NCBI GenBank assembly: GCA_030682795.1
Contig: JAUXNJ010000010.1
Location: forward strand, 176,660-240,659
Source of the DNA: Sphingobacteriaceae bacterium
Lineage (GTDB): Bacteria; Bacteroidota; Bacteroidia; UBA7662
DNA: 64,000 nt
Direction of reading: 5' to 3'
Shown: positions 10,639 to 20,774 of the stretch, piece after piece
Layout: each line of letters opens with the position of its first letter
Numbering within the stretch: the first letter of the stretch is position 1
The notes under the pieces: generated by a model
Database searches by the model: none
The model's input: the letters and a program-made list of their open reading frames with translations, nothing else
Told to the model about the DNA's origin: nothing
Program-made: the position numbers and the translations under genes

Positions 10639-11796
10639 CTATAAAGATGCTTGTTTACGGCCCTTCCATTCCCAATTTTTTTGGCCTATGGTGAGGGCCG
10701 TGGCCAAGGCATAAAAGGGGTGCATACAGCTGGCAATAATCATTTGAGCCAAATTGAAACGAATGCCAAAAGACCGCATTACCGCTGCTACCACCCAGTA
10801 TTCGGATACAATTTTCATAACCCACAAGCCAGCAAAAGCCAAGCCGCCGGCTTTGCCCAGTAAAAGCAAAAATGGACTCAACAAATAAAGCAGGAGCACG
10901 AAGGAAGGCATGGCTGCTACGAGTACATGTTTGAAATCGTGACTTCGCCACTTGGAAGCCCAGCGCGCGCGTTGCGATAAAAACTCAGCCCAACTTTTTT
11001 GAGGTTGTGTACGCACCAAAAGTTGTGGCTGATGGCTGTATTTTGCCGAGGCTTTTCCGTAAGTACTGATGATTTTTTTCAGCAAAAACTCATCGTCTCC
11101 CGATAAAAAATGGTTGTTTCCGTGATAACCATTTACTTGCTCAAAGGCCGATTTACGGTAGGCCATATTGGCGGCATTACACATAAACGGACTGCCAATG
11201 CTAAAGCTCAGCCGGGTTACGAGCAAAATACTCGCCCAATCAACCTGCTGAAAAGTGTTTAAAACGTATTCAGGCAGGGGGGCACTCATTACGGGCCCAG
11301 CTGACAGTTGTATTTTGTCGTTAGTAAAGGGGGCGGTGAGGCGTTCGAGCCAGTCCGTGCCGAAGCTACAATCGGCATCGGTAGTCACAATAATTTCGCC
11401 CTTGGCAACGGCCAAAGCGGTGCTGATGGCCGCTTTTTTGCCTTGGCCGGTAGCTTGTAACAGTCGCCAATCCTTACCAGCCACCAAGGCATCTTGAACA
11501 GCCTGTTGCAGGAGCTGCAGACTTTCATCTTCTGAATGGTCGTCAACCAGCAGCACCTCCAAGCTTGGGTAGCTTAGTTGGTGGAGATGTTGAAACAGCG
11601 CTGGTAAATTGGCCGCTTCGTTGCGAATGGCAATTACCAAACTCAGGGGAGGCAAGGGCGAAAGGGGTGCATAATCTTGCTCTTTTCTTAGCCAATAGTA
11701 GCCTAAGGTTGCAAAAAGTAACAGATAGCCGAAGCTTAGCAGCCAGTAAGCTTGGGTGAGCAGGTTAATCCACAAAAGCGCATCAAGCTTTAACAT
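10639..11796 (-). CDS. Family 2 glycosyltransferase, membrane-embedded (N- and C-terminal TM segments)
   Basis: LVIAIRNEAANL...LLVDDHSEDES...TTDADCSF (GT-A fold with a DxD-like motif). Hydrophobic ends. Confidence 0.75.
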   Translation of the reverse strand: MLKLDALLWINLLTQAYWLLSFGYLLLFATLGYYWLRKEQDYAPLSPLPPLSLVIAIRNEAANLPALFQHLHQLSYPSLEVLLVDDHSEDESLQLLQQAVQDALVAGKDWRLLQATGQGKKAAISTALAVAKGEIIVTTDADCSFGTDWLERLTAPFTNDKIQLSAGPVMSAPLPEYVLNTFQQVDWASILLVTRLSFSIGSPFMCNAANMAYRKSAFEQVNGYHGNNHFLSGDDEFLLKKIISTYGKASAKYSHQPQLLVRTQPQKSWAEFLSQRARWASKWRSHDFKHVLVAAMPSFVLLLYLLSPFLLLLGKAGGLAFAGLWVMKIVSEYWVVAAVMRSFGIRFNLAQMIIASCMHPFYALATALTIGQKNWEWKGRKQASL

Positions 11797-12174
11797 GACA
11801 ATCGATTGCGCTTTTGGAAAGAAGAGAAAAGGCAGAACAAAGTCTTAAAGTTTTGGGGTTTGATGGGCTTTTGCAAAATGTTGGAAGTCGCAAATTTATG
11901 GTTTTTGATAGTAAATATGAGAGATGCCGGGAATTCTTTCCTTAAATTTTGCTTGTCAAGGCAGGTGGTTTTGCGGGATGGTAGCGGAGGTGTTCAAGTG
12001 GTAAGCTTTAGGTTTGGTTTTGTGCGATGAAGTTTTTTGAGCTCTAATTCATGTAGTGATTAGGTTGGCACCTGATTGCTTTTGATCAGGAGGAACAATT
12101 TGCTTTGAATCAAAAGTTTGAACGAGTTGTCTTAGCGAGCTGGGCTCGCCCGCCCAAATGCTTATCTTCGCCTT

Positions 12175-12882
12175 ATGCACGGCAAATTATACCTCATTCC
12201 TTCTTTATTGGCACCCGATACCGCGGTGCAGACCATTCCTGCGGCCATTACCCCTTTGGTTACCCGCTTGCAGCATTTTATTGTGGAAAGCGAGAAGGAA
12301 AGCCGCCGTTTTTTGAAGCTACTGAACCGCGACATCGACATCAACGTGCTGCAGTTTCAATTGCTCAATGAGCATACTCGTGAAATGAGTCCGAAGCGCT
12401 TTTTGGCGCCGGCTTTGCAGGGGCACGACATCGGCTTGTTGTCCGATGCGGGTTGTCCGGCCGTGGCCGATCCCGGCGCTTTGGTGGTTGCCGAAGCCCA
12501 TCGCCAAGGCGTACAGGTGGTGCCGCTCACGGGCCCTTCGAGTATTTTGTTGACGCTGATGGGCTCGGGTTTTAACGGACAACGCTTTTGTTTTCAAGGC
12601 TACCTGCCGGTGGAAAGAGCGGCGCGCAAGCAGGCCATTTTAGAGCTTGAGGCCGAAAGCCGCAAGCGCAACATGACCCAGCTGTTTATCGAAGCGCCGT
12701 ACCGTAACAACCAAATGCTCGAAACGCTGGTGCAAAGTTGTCATCCCAATACCAAACTCTGCATCGGTACCGAGCTCACGGGGCCCAACGAAATGCTCCG
12801 CACCCGTCGCATTGCCGACTGGCAGGGCGCGCTGCCCGATTTGCACAAAAAGCCGGTGGTTTTTGCTTTGTATGCGGAGTAG
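12175..12882 (+). CDS. SAM-dependent methyltransferase, tetrapyrrole-methylase (RsmI/YraL-like) family
   Basis: LYLIPSLLAPDT... N-terminus and the overall pattern of the TP-methylase family. 235 aa. Confidence 0.65.
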   Translation: MHGKLYLIPSLLAPDTAVQTIPAAITPLVTRLQHFIVESEKESRRFLKLLNRDIDINVLQFQLLNEHTREMSPKRFLAPALQGHDIGLLSDAGCPAVADPGALVVAEAHRQGVQVVPLTGPSSILLTLMGSGFNGQRFCFQGYLPVERAARKQAILELEAESRKRNMTQLFIEAPYRNNQMLETLVQSCHPNTKLCIGTELTGPNEMLRTRRIADWQGALPDLHKKPVVFALYAE

Positions 12883-13016
12883 GCTTCTTTAACGCTTAGC
12901 GAGAAAGGCGAAAAAGAGGCTAAATGCATATCTAGTTGTTCGATACCAGGAAGCTGTACAAAACCACTAGCTCAAACATGTATAAGCATTTAGGAATCTG
13001 TATCTAAATAGAACCT

Positions 13017-13055
13017 AAAAATTAGGCTTCTCGAGCAGTCGGAGAGGCCTAATTT
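13017..13055. terminator. Hairpin between convergent genes (AAATTAGGC...GCCTAATTT stem, 9 bp); possible bidirectional terminator
   Basis: Inverted repeat read from sequence. Flanked by an A-run on one side and a short T-run on the other. Confidence 0.4.
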
Positions 13056-13057
13056 GG

Positions 13058-14650
13058 TTAGTGGGCAATAATAATCTTTTCAAAATGGCGCCGGCCTGTT
13101 GTGCTTTGGAAACTGAGAACGTAAAAGCCATTGGGTAGGTCGCGCACATCCATGTAGCTGCTTCCCGAAGCATGATTTATGCTGCGGATGCTTCTGCCGT
13201 TTAAATCGAGTAGCGTAAATGCTCCGTCCAGTTCTATTTCCACCGCAATACTTTCATTGGCGGGGTTGGGATAGGCTTTAAATTTCGCCAATTCCAGTTC
13301 CCTTGCCGAGGTAGAAAGGTTGCCAGTTTTATTAAGCACTACTAAACGCGCATCCATGCCAAAGGGAGCCACATTATCGCTTTCGTGCATGAGCAAGGCC
13401 ACACCCGAATCGGCCAAGGCTACCAAATCAATAAAGTGCTTTTCTTTGCCAGGCTCATGAATTTCACGCTGCCAGCGGATGTTTAAATTGGAGTCAAGGC
13501 AATAAACCACCAGACCAGTTTCTATACCTGTAAGATAAGGCATAAGCGGGCCTACTGGAAAATAGTCATACACTTTGGTGCCTACCAAATAGATGTAATC
13601 TTTGTACTTTAAATCAAGCGCTGTATTGTCGTTGATGTAAATAGGCCATTGTTGCGAAGGGATGTATTTGAGTTGCAGGGAGGAGGAGTCCAAGTTTTTA
13701 TTGATCTTAAAAACGGCCAAATGATTCGACATGGTACGGTGTTCAAACAACTGAAAATCATTGTACGGCGGTAAGTTGTGAGTGTTGGCCTGCCCGGCCA
13801 TGATCAGCTCAGTAGATCCGAATTTTTTAATGCTGCGAATCTTGGTTGGACTGCTATTGTCACCCGAGGTAGTGCCCCTGAACGGCGCCAAATGCGGAAT
13901 CACAATGGAGCTTTGCATCACGCTGTTTTGGTCATATTTCCGCACGATTCCTCGCTTACAGGGCAGGGGAATGGGATTACAACCTCCCGTAACCGACTGC
14001 GGCAAGGCTTGATAAAAAGCCAATCCTCCTCCATCTGCTTCAATGTGCAAAGGTGTGAGGCGGCCATCAATGAAAGTTGGATAAGGGAAATGAAACGAAT
14101 CTACCAATACATGACTGCTGTTGTAAAAATAGGTTTTGGGCGAGCCATTGAGGTTTACATAAATGCCAGTATCTACATCTATGATGTTGGGTGGCGGAGG
14201 CAAATAATTGGGCACAAACACATAAGGTAAACGAATAATAATTTGAGCTTGTGTTAGCTGTGGATTGATTTCAAATATTTGGCAGGTATAGCCGGTAGGA
14301 CTGGTAGTATCAAAGGCATAACCATAGCTCAAAAAACGTTGGTTGCTTTTTGAATATAAATGACTTATATCTGGAGTGAAACCGGTTGATGAGGAGTCCT
14401 TTACTAAGGTGCCTGTTTTGTGATTGTATACAAACATGTTCCACGAGGAGAGTAATGGATCTTGGTAAATTGCAGCTGCATCATATCCAGAAAAGGCCAC
14501 CGAACTGTCGTTTACTCTTACCAATTTAAATATCTGGTAACCTTCATCTAAACTGGTGTAGAAAGTAGTATCAACTTGTTGGGCATGGATGTAAGTTGAA
14601 GTCGTGAAGAAGGTCAGCTGAAGAACAATAAGCGTAGATTTTATGGTCAT
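13058..14650 (-). CDS. Secreted protein with T9SS type-A C-terminal sorting domain
   Basis: N-terminal signal peptide (MTIKSTLIVLQLTFFTTSTYIHAQ). C-terminal ~80 aa, ...KAYPNPANESIAVEIELDGAFTLLDLNGRSIRS...LPNGFYVLSFQSTTGRRHFEKIIIAH, typical of a Por-secretion CTD. Confidence 0.75.
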   Translation of the reverse strand: MTIKSTLIVLQLTFFTTSTYIHAQQVDTTFYTSLDEGYQIFKLVRVNDSSVAFSGYDAAAIYQDPLLSSWNMFVYNHKTGTLVKDSSSTGFTPDISHLYSKSNQRFLSYGYAFDTTSPTGYTCQIFEINPQLTQAQIIIRLPYVFVPNYLPPPPNIIDVDTGIYVNLNGSPKTYFYNSSHVLVDSFHFPYPTFIDGRLTPLHIEADGGGLAFYQALPQSVTGGCNPIPLPCKRGIVRKYDQNSVMQSSIVIPHLAPFRGTTSGDNSSPTKIRSIKKFGSTELIMAGQANTHNLPPYNDFQLFEHRTMSNHLAVFKINKNLDSSSLQLKYIPSQQWPIYINDNTALDLKYKDYIYLVGTKVYDYFPVGPLMPYLTGIETGLVVYCLDSNLNIRWQREIHEPGKEKHFIDLVALADSGVALLMHESDNVAPFGMDARLVVLNKTGNLSTSARELELAKFKAYPNPANESIAVEIELDGAFTLLDLNGRSIRSINHASGSSYMDVRDLPNGFYVLSFQSTTGRRHFEKIIIAH

Positions 14651-14763
14651 TTGGCAGGTTAAAACGAGTCACTGTATTTATATAAAACAATGAGCAAGAT
14701 ACGAAGCTGGTGGATTTAATTGTCATGGAAACATCAAAAGCAGCATTCGCGCGTTTTTTATCG

Positions 14764-15687
14764 TCAAGATATGGCTGCTTTGCCTTCCTCCCGCGCCAGC
14801 TGCTTCTCAAATTGGTTGTGCACCACCAGCATGAGCAAGCCAAACAACAAGGCCGTTAAAATGAGCAGGTTGTTGAGCAGTCCATCGACCGAAAACGACA
14901 GTCGCAGTAAAATGGTAGAGATGATGAAGCCCGAATTGCGCATCACTTTGTGGAATTCGTCGGTGTAGAAAAACGAAAACAGCAGCAAAAGCACGTCAGC
15001 GATGATTAAAACGGTGAAAAACTGCTCAAAAAAGATGTTGTTGATGTTTTCGAACGAAGGCCCTTGGAGGAGGCTGGGTTGGATTTCGCCGATGCTCCAG
15101 CTGGTAAAGGTATAGGCCGCTAGCACCATCAACACCAGCACCAAGGCCGCGGCAATCACCTTTTTGATGCGAATGAAACGCGCGAGTCCCGCTTGGTGCT
15201 GCTCCTCCAGCGACTCAAGCCGGTACCTTTTGCTGCTTTGGCGGTAAAACTGAAAGATGAGAAAGAACAAAACGACCGATGACAGCAGGTCGTAGGTGAA
15301 CTGTAAGTCGTATTTAATATCGAACCAGTCGTACGACAAACTGAGGTTCGATAAATCTTTAAACAGCCGCCGGATGATGATCAACGAAATGATTTCGTAC
15401 TGTTTGGCAATGTAGGTAGTGATGGATTTAGGCAGGTAATACAGCAGCAAATACACCTCATACACCAAAATGAACGAAAAAGGGGTGTAGATGGCGGCAA
15501 TGGGATTGGTGAGCAGGTTCGAAGGGTCATCCAGCTTCAGAAAACCAAAATCGACTAAAAAAATCAAAGCCAAATGCACCAAAAAGCTCACGATGGCAAT
15601 GATGAGGATGATGCGCTCCCCCTTTTTTTTGGTTGCTGCCGATAGCAACTTGTTGTAGAGTTGCGAAAAAGTGGTAGGTAGGGCCAT
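14764..15687 (-). CDS. Polytopic membrane protein, function unknown
   Basis: 307 aa with ~7 hydrophobic segments. No known motif. Confidence 0.55.
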   Translation of the reverse strand: MALPTTFSQLYNKLLSAATKKKGERIILIIAIVSFLVHLALIFLVDFGFLKLDDPSNLLTNPIAAIYTPFSFILVYEVYLLLYYLPKSITTYIAKQYEIISLIIIRRLFKDLSNLSLSYDWFDIKYDLQFTYDLLSSVVLFFLIFQFYRQSSKRYRLESLEEQHQAGLARFIRIKKVIAAALVLVLMVLAAYTFTSWSIGEIQPSLLQGPSFENINNIFFEQFFTVLIIADVLLLLFSFFYTDEFHKVMRNSGFIISTILLRLSFSVDGLLNNLLILTALLFGLLMLVVHNQFEKQLAREEGKAAIS

Positions 15688-15802
15688 GCGCAGGTTTAGC
15701 TAAGTGGAAGTATCCACAACAGCTTAACTTCCTAAAAGTTTTATTTTCAAGGGGTTGAGGTGGGGGGGTTCGCTGAGCATATTTTTTTTGCGCCACTTTT
15801 AG

Positions 15803-15840
15803 CAAAAAAAAGGGATGGCCTTGCATGCGACCATCCCTTC
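15803..15840 (-). terminator. Rho-independent terminator for tpx
   Basis: On the minus strand: AAGGGATGG-(12 nt loop)-CCATCCCTT followed by T9, directly after the tpx stop. Confidence 0.7.
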
Positions 15841-15846
15841 AGCATT

Positions 15847-16347
15847 TTATTTCAAAACCGCCAAAGCAGCGTCGTAATTCGGTTCCTGTCCAATTTCAGG
15901 CACCAGCTCGCTGTGGATGATGTTACCTGTTTCGTTCACCACCACTACAGCACGAGCGAGTAAACCCGCAAAGGCGCTGTCGGCAATGGCCACGCCGTAA
16001 GCATCGCCAAAAGCATGGCTTTTGTACTCGGCCAGCGACTGCACCTTGTCGATGCCCTCGGCGGCGCAAAAACGCTTGTGGGCAAAGGGGAGGTCGCGAC
16101 TCACATTCAACACCGTGGTGTTGTGCAAGCCTGCCGCTTCCTGGTTAAAACGACGCACCGAAGCCGCGCACACATTGGTATCGATGCTCGGGAAAATGTT
16201 GAGCACCACGCGCTGACCTGCAAAATCGGCCAGAGACACGTCCTTAAGACTGCTGTCGGTAAGGCTAAACGCCGGTGCGCTGCTGCCAACGGCCGGCAAT
16301 TCGCCAGCGGTATGAATGGGATTTCCTCCCAAAGTAATTTTTGCCAT
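15847..16347 (-). CDS. tpx: Thiol peroxidase (Tpx-type peroxiredoxin)
   Basis: MAKITLGGNPIHTAGELP...VVLNIFPSIDTNVCAASVRRFN... has the canonical Tpx peroxidatic Cys context. 166 aa. Confidence 0.9.
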   Translation of the reverse strand: MAKITLGGNPIHTAGELPAVGSSAPAFSLTDSSLKDVSLADFAGQRVVLNIFPSIDTNVCAASVRRFNQEAAGLHNTTVLNVSRDLPFAHKRFCAAEGIDKVQSLAEYKSHAFGDAYGVAIADSAFAGLLARAVVVVNETGNIIHSELVPEIGQEPNYDAALAVLK

Positions 16348-16522
16348 GGTATGTTTTTAAAAGCAACAAACTACGGGGCACAAATGCTTTCATGCAAGAA
16401 AAATTTAAAGAACTATCTTTGCCCGCCGAGGAACAAGCCCGTATGGGTGGGTGACAACTTGGCATAGCATACCGCCTTGGCAAACATCTTGCGCCATAGG
16501 TAAAAAAATAAGAATAGAACGC

Positions 16523-17107
16523 ATGAGCAACGAACAGGAAGCGATACACGACAAGAATGCCGAAACGACTGCCGAAAAGGCAGCAGAAATGCAGGCCGAA
16601 GCCGAGCAGCTGAGCGCCACCGAGGCAGCAGCTGCGGAGGAAATGGGTGCCGAAGCCGACGAAGCCGCAAAACTGCGTGCCGAATTAGACGAGATGCAGA
16701 AAAAATACCTCTACCTCTTGTCGGAATTTGAAAACTACAAGCGCCGCACGGCCAAAGAGCGCCTCGATTTGTTTAAGACAGCCTCGAAAGACCTTTTGGT
16801 GGAATTGCTGCCGGTGCTCGACGATTTTGAGCGCGGTTTGCAGGCCATGGAGGTATCGACCGACGTAGCTGCTGTAAAAACCGGGGTAGACCTCGTTTAT
16901 AACAAATTTAAAGGCATCCTTTCCAACAAAGGCCTCCAGCCTATTGAATCGGTGGGTGCCGATTTTGATACCGAACTGCACGAAGCCATTTCGCAGGCAC
17001 CCGCCGCGGAGGAAGCGCAAAAAAACAAAGTAATGGCCGAGGTGGAGAAGGGCTACAAGCTCAACGAGCAAGTGGTGCGTTACGCCAAGGTAATTGTAGG
17101 GGTGTAA
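16523..17107 (+). CDS. grpE: Nucleotide exchange factor GrpE
   Basis: ...LLSEFENYKRRTAKE... and ...DDFERGL... GrpE signature. Immediately upstream of dnaJ. The track ORF starts at 16451; MSNEQE at 16523 is the more plausible start. Confidence 0.85.
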   Translation: MSNEQEAIHDKNAETTAEKAAEMQAEAEQLSATEAAAAEEMGAEADEAAKLRAELDEMQKKYLYLLSEFENYKRRTAKERLDLFKTASKDLLVELLPVLDDFERGLQAMEVSTDVAAVKTGVDLVYNKFKGILSNKGLQPIESVGADFDTELHEAISQAPAAEEAQKNKVMAEVEKGYKLNEQVVRYAKVIVGV

Positions 17108-17110
17108 AAC

Positions 17111-18241
17111 ATGGCGAAAAGAGATTATTACGAGGTGCTGGGCATTGCCCGCAATGCGTCGGAAGACGAAATCAAGAAGGCATACCGCAAGGCAGCCATC
17201 AAATTTCACCCCGATAAAAACCCCGGCGATGCATCGGCTGAGGAGAAGTTTAAGGAAGCGGCCGAGGCTTACGAAGTGCTCAGCAATGGCGACAAGCGCG
17301 CGCGCTACGATCGTTTTGGGCACCAGGGCGTGAACAATGGTCCTGGTGGCGGCGGTGGCTTCAGCATGGACGATATCTTTAGCAACTTCGGGGACATTTT
17401 CAACGAAGGATCGCCATTTGAAAGCTTTTTTGGAGGCCGTGGCGGAGGCGGTGGCAGCCGGGCACGGGCCAATCGCGGTACCAATTTGCGCATCCGTGTA
17501 AAACTTACCCTCGAGGAAATTGCCAATGGCGTAGAAAAGAAAATCAAAGTAACCAAAGCTGTTGCGGCCGAAGGGGTTACCTATAAAACTTGTGCTACTT
17601 GTGGTGGTTCGGGACAGGTGAGTCGCATTACCAACACCATTTTGGGCCAAATGCGCACCGCTAGCACTTGTCCGCATTGCGAAGGCTCTGGCCAAATGGT
17701 CGATCGGCGTCCTGCCGGGGTCGATCCCGACGGCTTGGTGCGTAAAGAAGAAGTAATCAGCATCAACATCCCAGCCGGGGTAGCCGAGGGCATGCAGCTT
17801 ACGGTGAGCGGCAAGGGCAATGCGGGTCGCAATGGCGGTCCTGCTGGCGACCTCATGGTATTGGTAGAAGAAGAGGAACATCCGCACTTCAAGCGCGATG
17901 GCAACAACATTTTGTTTGACCTCGACATCAGCTTTGTGGACGCCGCTTTGGGTGCGCAAATTGATGTGCCTACCCTCGATGCCAAGGCACGCATTAAGCT
18001 TGAGCCAGGCACCCAGCCAGGTAAATTGCTGCGCCTAAAAGGCAAAGGTTTGCCGAGTGTAAACAGCTATGGCCGGGGCGATTTGATTATTTTTGTGAAT
18101 GTGTACGTGCCCACCAAACTGAGTCGCGAAGAAAAGGAGCAGTTGGAAGCCCTGCGCGATGCAGCCAATTTCCACCCAGGTGCTGATAACGTGAAAAAAT
18201 CGAGCTTCTTTGATCGGATGCGGGATTTTTTTAATGAATAA
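17111..18241 (+). CDS. dnaJ: Molecular chaperone DnaJ
   Basis: J-domain (DYYEVLGI...HPDKNP), G/F-rich linker, four CxxCxG zinc-finger repeats. 376 aa. Confidence 0.92.
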   Translation: MAKRDYYEVLGIARNASEDEIKKAYRKAAIKFHPDKNPGDASAEEKFKEAAEAYEVLSNGDKRARYDRFGHQGVNNGPGGGGGFSMDDIFSNFGDIFNEGSPFESFFGGRGGGGGSRARANRGTNLRIRVKLTLEEIANGVEKKIKVTKAVAAEGVTYKTCATCGGSGQVSRITNTILGQMRTASTCPHCEGSGQMVDRRPAGVDPDGLVRKEEVISINIPAGVAEGMQLTVSGKGNAGRNGGPAGDLMVLVEEEEHPHFKRDGNNILFDLDISFVDAALGAQIDVPTLDAKARIKLEPGTQPGKLLRLKGKGLPSVNSYGRGDLIIFVNVYVPTKLSREEKEQLEALRDAANFHPGADNVKKSSFFDRMRDFFNE

Positions 18242-18244
18242 AAA

Positions 18245-18395
18245 ATGATTTTCGATTGTCGATTGCGATTTAAGAATAGCGATTGTGTTTTTAGATAGGT
18301 GATTGAGTTTTTATCAAGGTAGATTTTTCTCAAACTCACCCTATATCGCGCTTTTTAAATCGCAAATCGCAAATCGCAATCGCCAATCGCTAATC
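18245..18395. repeat. Long-range inverted array of heptamer repeats: 5' arm GATTTT-CGATTGT-CGATTG-CGATTT...AGCGATTG and 3' arm AAATCGC x3-AATCGCC-AATCGCT, separated by ~90 nt. Putative large stem-loop, bidirectional terminator or protein-binding array.
   Basis: Read directly from sequence between convergent dnaJ and the CoA-transferase. The 3' arm is the reverse complement of the 5' arm units. A related short array AAATCGC-CAATCGA-AATCGCC occurs at 1699-1722. Confidence 0.6.
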
Positions 18396-18404
18396 CAGAA
18401 TCCC

Positions 18405-19676
18405 TCATTTTCCAAAGCGCTCAAAAGCCGCTCTATCCAACGCCTCTTGGTGATCGGGATGCGCGATGCTGATGAGCGCTTTGGCACGTTGCAGCAGGTT
18501 TTTTCCGTACAAATCTACCGCACCATATTCAGTTACGATGTAATGCACGTGCGCCCGGGTGGTTACCACGCCCGCACCTTCTTTTAAAACAGGCACCAGC
18601 TTGCTCACACCTTTGGCAGTTTGCGATGGCAGGGCAATGATGGGTTTGCCGCCCTCCGATAGCGAGGCGCCGCGGATGAAGTCCATTTGGCCACCTACCC
18701 CCGAGTACATCTTGGTGCCGATGCTGTCGGCGCAGACTTGTCCGGTTAAATCAATTTCCACCGCCGAGTTAATGGCGGTAACTCTTGGGTTGCGGCGAAT
18801 CACGGCGGTATCGTTCACATAAGCCACATCTAACATGGCCAGCTGCGGATTGTCGTGCATAAAGTCATACAACTTTTGGGTACCCATGGCAAAGGTGCTT
18901 ACAATTTTGCCCGGATGGATGCGCTTCATGGAGCCATTCACCACTCCCGATTCGATCAAGGGCAGTACGCCATCGCTAAACATTTCGGTGTGGATGCCGA
19001 GGTTTTTGTGGTTGTTCATAAAGCGCAAGGCTGCATTTGGAATGCCGCCGATGCCCATTTGCAAGGTGGCACCATCTTCTACCAAACCCGCCACATGCTT
19101 GCCAATGAGGGTTTCAATTTCGTCGGGTTCGCCGAGGTCATGGGCAGGCAAATACTCGTCTACTTCAATGCAGGCGTCGAATTTGCTTACGTGAATGAGT
19201 CCGTCGCCCAAGCTACGAGGCATTTTTTGGTTGATTTGGGCAATCACTACCCGGGCTTTTTCAACCGCTGCTGGGGCGGCATCCACCGAAGTGCCCATGG
19301 AGCAAAAACCGTGGCGGTCGGGCGGCGATACCTGCAGCAATACTACATCTACCGGCAAAATATTGCGGCGGAACAGCAATGGAATCTCGCTTAAAAACAC
19401 GGGTATGTATTGCGCATGTCCCGTTTGCACGGCATGGCGGATGTTGGCACCAATAAAAAACGCACTTACTTTGAAGCTTTCGGCATATTCGGGCTGGGCA
19501 TAACGTGCTACGCCTTCGGTGTGCAAATGGTAGAGCTCTACATTGCGCAACTCGCTGGCACGGTCGGTGAGGGCATTCACCAAATGCTGCGGTGTGGCTG
19601 CCGCGCCATGTATAAAAATGTGATCGTTCGATTGTACCAGTTTTACCGCTTCCGCGGCCGAGCTAACGAGTTTCAT
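18405..19676 (-). CDS. Acetyl-CoA hydrolase/transferase family protein (4-hydroxybutyrate/succinyl-CoA:acetate CoA-transferase-like)
   Basis: MKLVSSAAEAVKLVQSNDHIFIHGAAATPQ...LVNAL... N-terminus and overall length (423 aa) are typical of the family. Confidence 0.8.
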   Translation of the reverse strand: MKLVSSAAEAVKLVQSNDHIFIHGAAATPQHLVNALTDRASELRNVELYHLHTEGVARYAQPEYAESFKVSAFFIGANIRHAVQTGHAQYIPVFLSEIPLLFRRNILPVDVVLLQVSPPDRHGFCSMGTSVDAAPAAVEKARVVIAQINQKMPRSLGDGLIHVSKFDACIEVDEYLPAHDLGEPDEIETLIGKHVAGLVEDGATLQMGIGGIPNAALRFMNNHKNLGIHTEMFSDGVLPLIESGVVNGSMKRIHPGKIVSTFAMGTQKLYDFMHDNPQLAMLDVAYVNDTAVIRRNPRVTAINSAVEIDLTGQVCADSIGTKMYSGVGGQMDFIRGASLSEGGKPIIALPSQTAKGVSKLVPVLKEGAGVVTTRAHVHYIVTEYGAVDLYGKNLLQRAKALISIAHPDHQEALDRAAFERFGK

Positions 19677-19797
19677 ATACGTTGATGTTTGTGGCGGTAA
19701 AATTAGACAAAAAAGTCTAAATTTAAAGAGGCGTGGATAGGAAATTTTTACGCAGCTGGAGCTTGAATGCTGCAGTTCGATTTTATCTATTAAATTA

Positions 19798-20763
19798 GTG
19801 GAGATTATGCCTTGGATACTAGCCCTTTTTGCCTTGCTGGCCTTGCCTGTACGGCCAGACCTTCCCCTCGAAAGCCTGCTGCCGCGTTATGCCACGGGTG
19901 CCTCGCAGTTTCAAGAGGTGCAGGGCATTCAAACGCATTACCGCGATCAAGGTCAAGGACAGCCGATTGTATTGCTCCACGGCATGGCCAGCAGCTTGCA
20001 TACTTGGGAAGGCTGGGTAGCCGAACTGCAGCCGCATTATCGGGTCATCAGCATCGATATGCCGGGCTGGGGACTCACCGGTCCCGATCCGCAAAAGCGC
20101 TACCGCATCGAAGACCAAGTGGCTTTTTTAGCGGCATTCCTCGATAGTTTGGGCATCTCGAGTTGCGTGCTTGGGGGCAATTCGATGGGAGGCTGGTTCA
20201 GCTGGAATTTCGCGCTGGCCCATCCCGAAAGGGTACAGGCGCTGGTGCTGGTAGATGCGGCTGGGGTGCCGGCCGAAAGCACCGTGGCGACTACCTCAAC
20301 AGAAACTAAGACTTCCAATAACAAGCGTCCAGCTTACTTTAAGCTTACCGAACAGAACTGGTTGCAGTCGTACATACGGGTGGCCACGCCGCGCATCATC
20401 TATAAAAAAATGCTGCAGCAGGTGTATGTGCACGACAGTTTGGTAGACCGCGCCCTGGTAAACCGCTATTACCATTTAATGCGGCACGAAGGCAATCGGC
20501 AGGCTTTTCTCGACCGGGCCAAGCAGCGCGGGACAGGCGCAGGCCGATTTTACGAATTGCCGCAATTGCAAATGCCGGTGTTGGTGTTGTGGGGAGAAAG
20601 TGATCCCTGGATTCCGCTGGCGCATGCCGAGCGCTTTCAACAGCAAATGCCGCAGGCCGTGGTGGTGACTTTTCCGGAACTCGGCCATGTACCGATGGAG
20701 GAAAGCCCAGTTTTGACGGTTCAGCCGGTGATGCGCTTTATGGAGCAGTTGCCTAACAAATAG
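19798..20763 (+). CDS. Alpha/beta-fold hydrolase with N-terminal signal-like leader
   Basis: HGMASSLHTWEGW...GGNSMGGW (GxSxG nucleophile elbow). C-terminal ...LGHVPMEE (catalytic His). Confidence 0.75.
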   Translation: MEIMPWILALFALLALPVRPDLPLESLLPRYATGASQFQEVQGIQTHYRDQGQGQPIVLLHGMASSLHTWEGWVAELQPHYRVISIDMPGWGLTGPDPQKRYRIEDQVAFLAAFLDSLGISSCVLGGNSMGGWFSWNFALAHPERVQALVLVDAAGVPAESTVATTSTETKTSNNKRPAYFKLTEQNWLQSYIRVATPRIIYKKMLQQVYVHDSLVDRALVNRYYHLMRHEGNRQAFLDRAKQRGTGAGRFYELPQLQMPVLVLWGESDPWIPLAHAERFQQQMPQAVVVTFPELGHVPMEESPVLTVQPVMRFMEQLPNK

Positions 20764-20774
20764 TGAATTGTATT

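Noticed and set aside
16348-16522. Search for a CIRCE (HrcA) operator upstream of grpE-dnaJ
   Set aside because: No TTAGCACTC-N9-GAGTGCTAA-like inverted repeat found in the upstream region.
16685-17959. 424-aa minus-strand ORF spanning grpE and dnaJ
   Set aside because: Antisense to two well-supported chaperone genes. No motifs.
18245-18395. Possible CRISPR or REP array
   Set aside because: Repeat units are only 6-7 bp with no spacers. Described as a heptamer array/inverted repeat instead.
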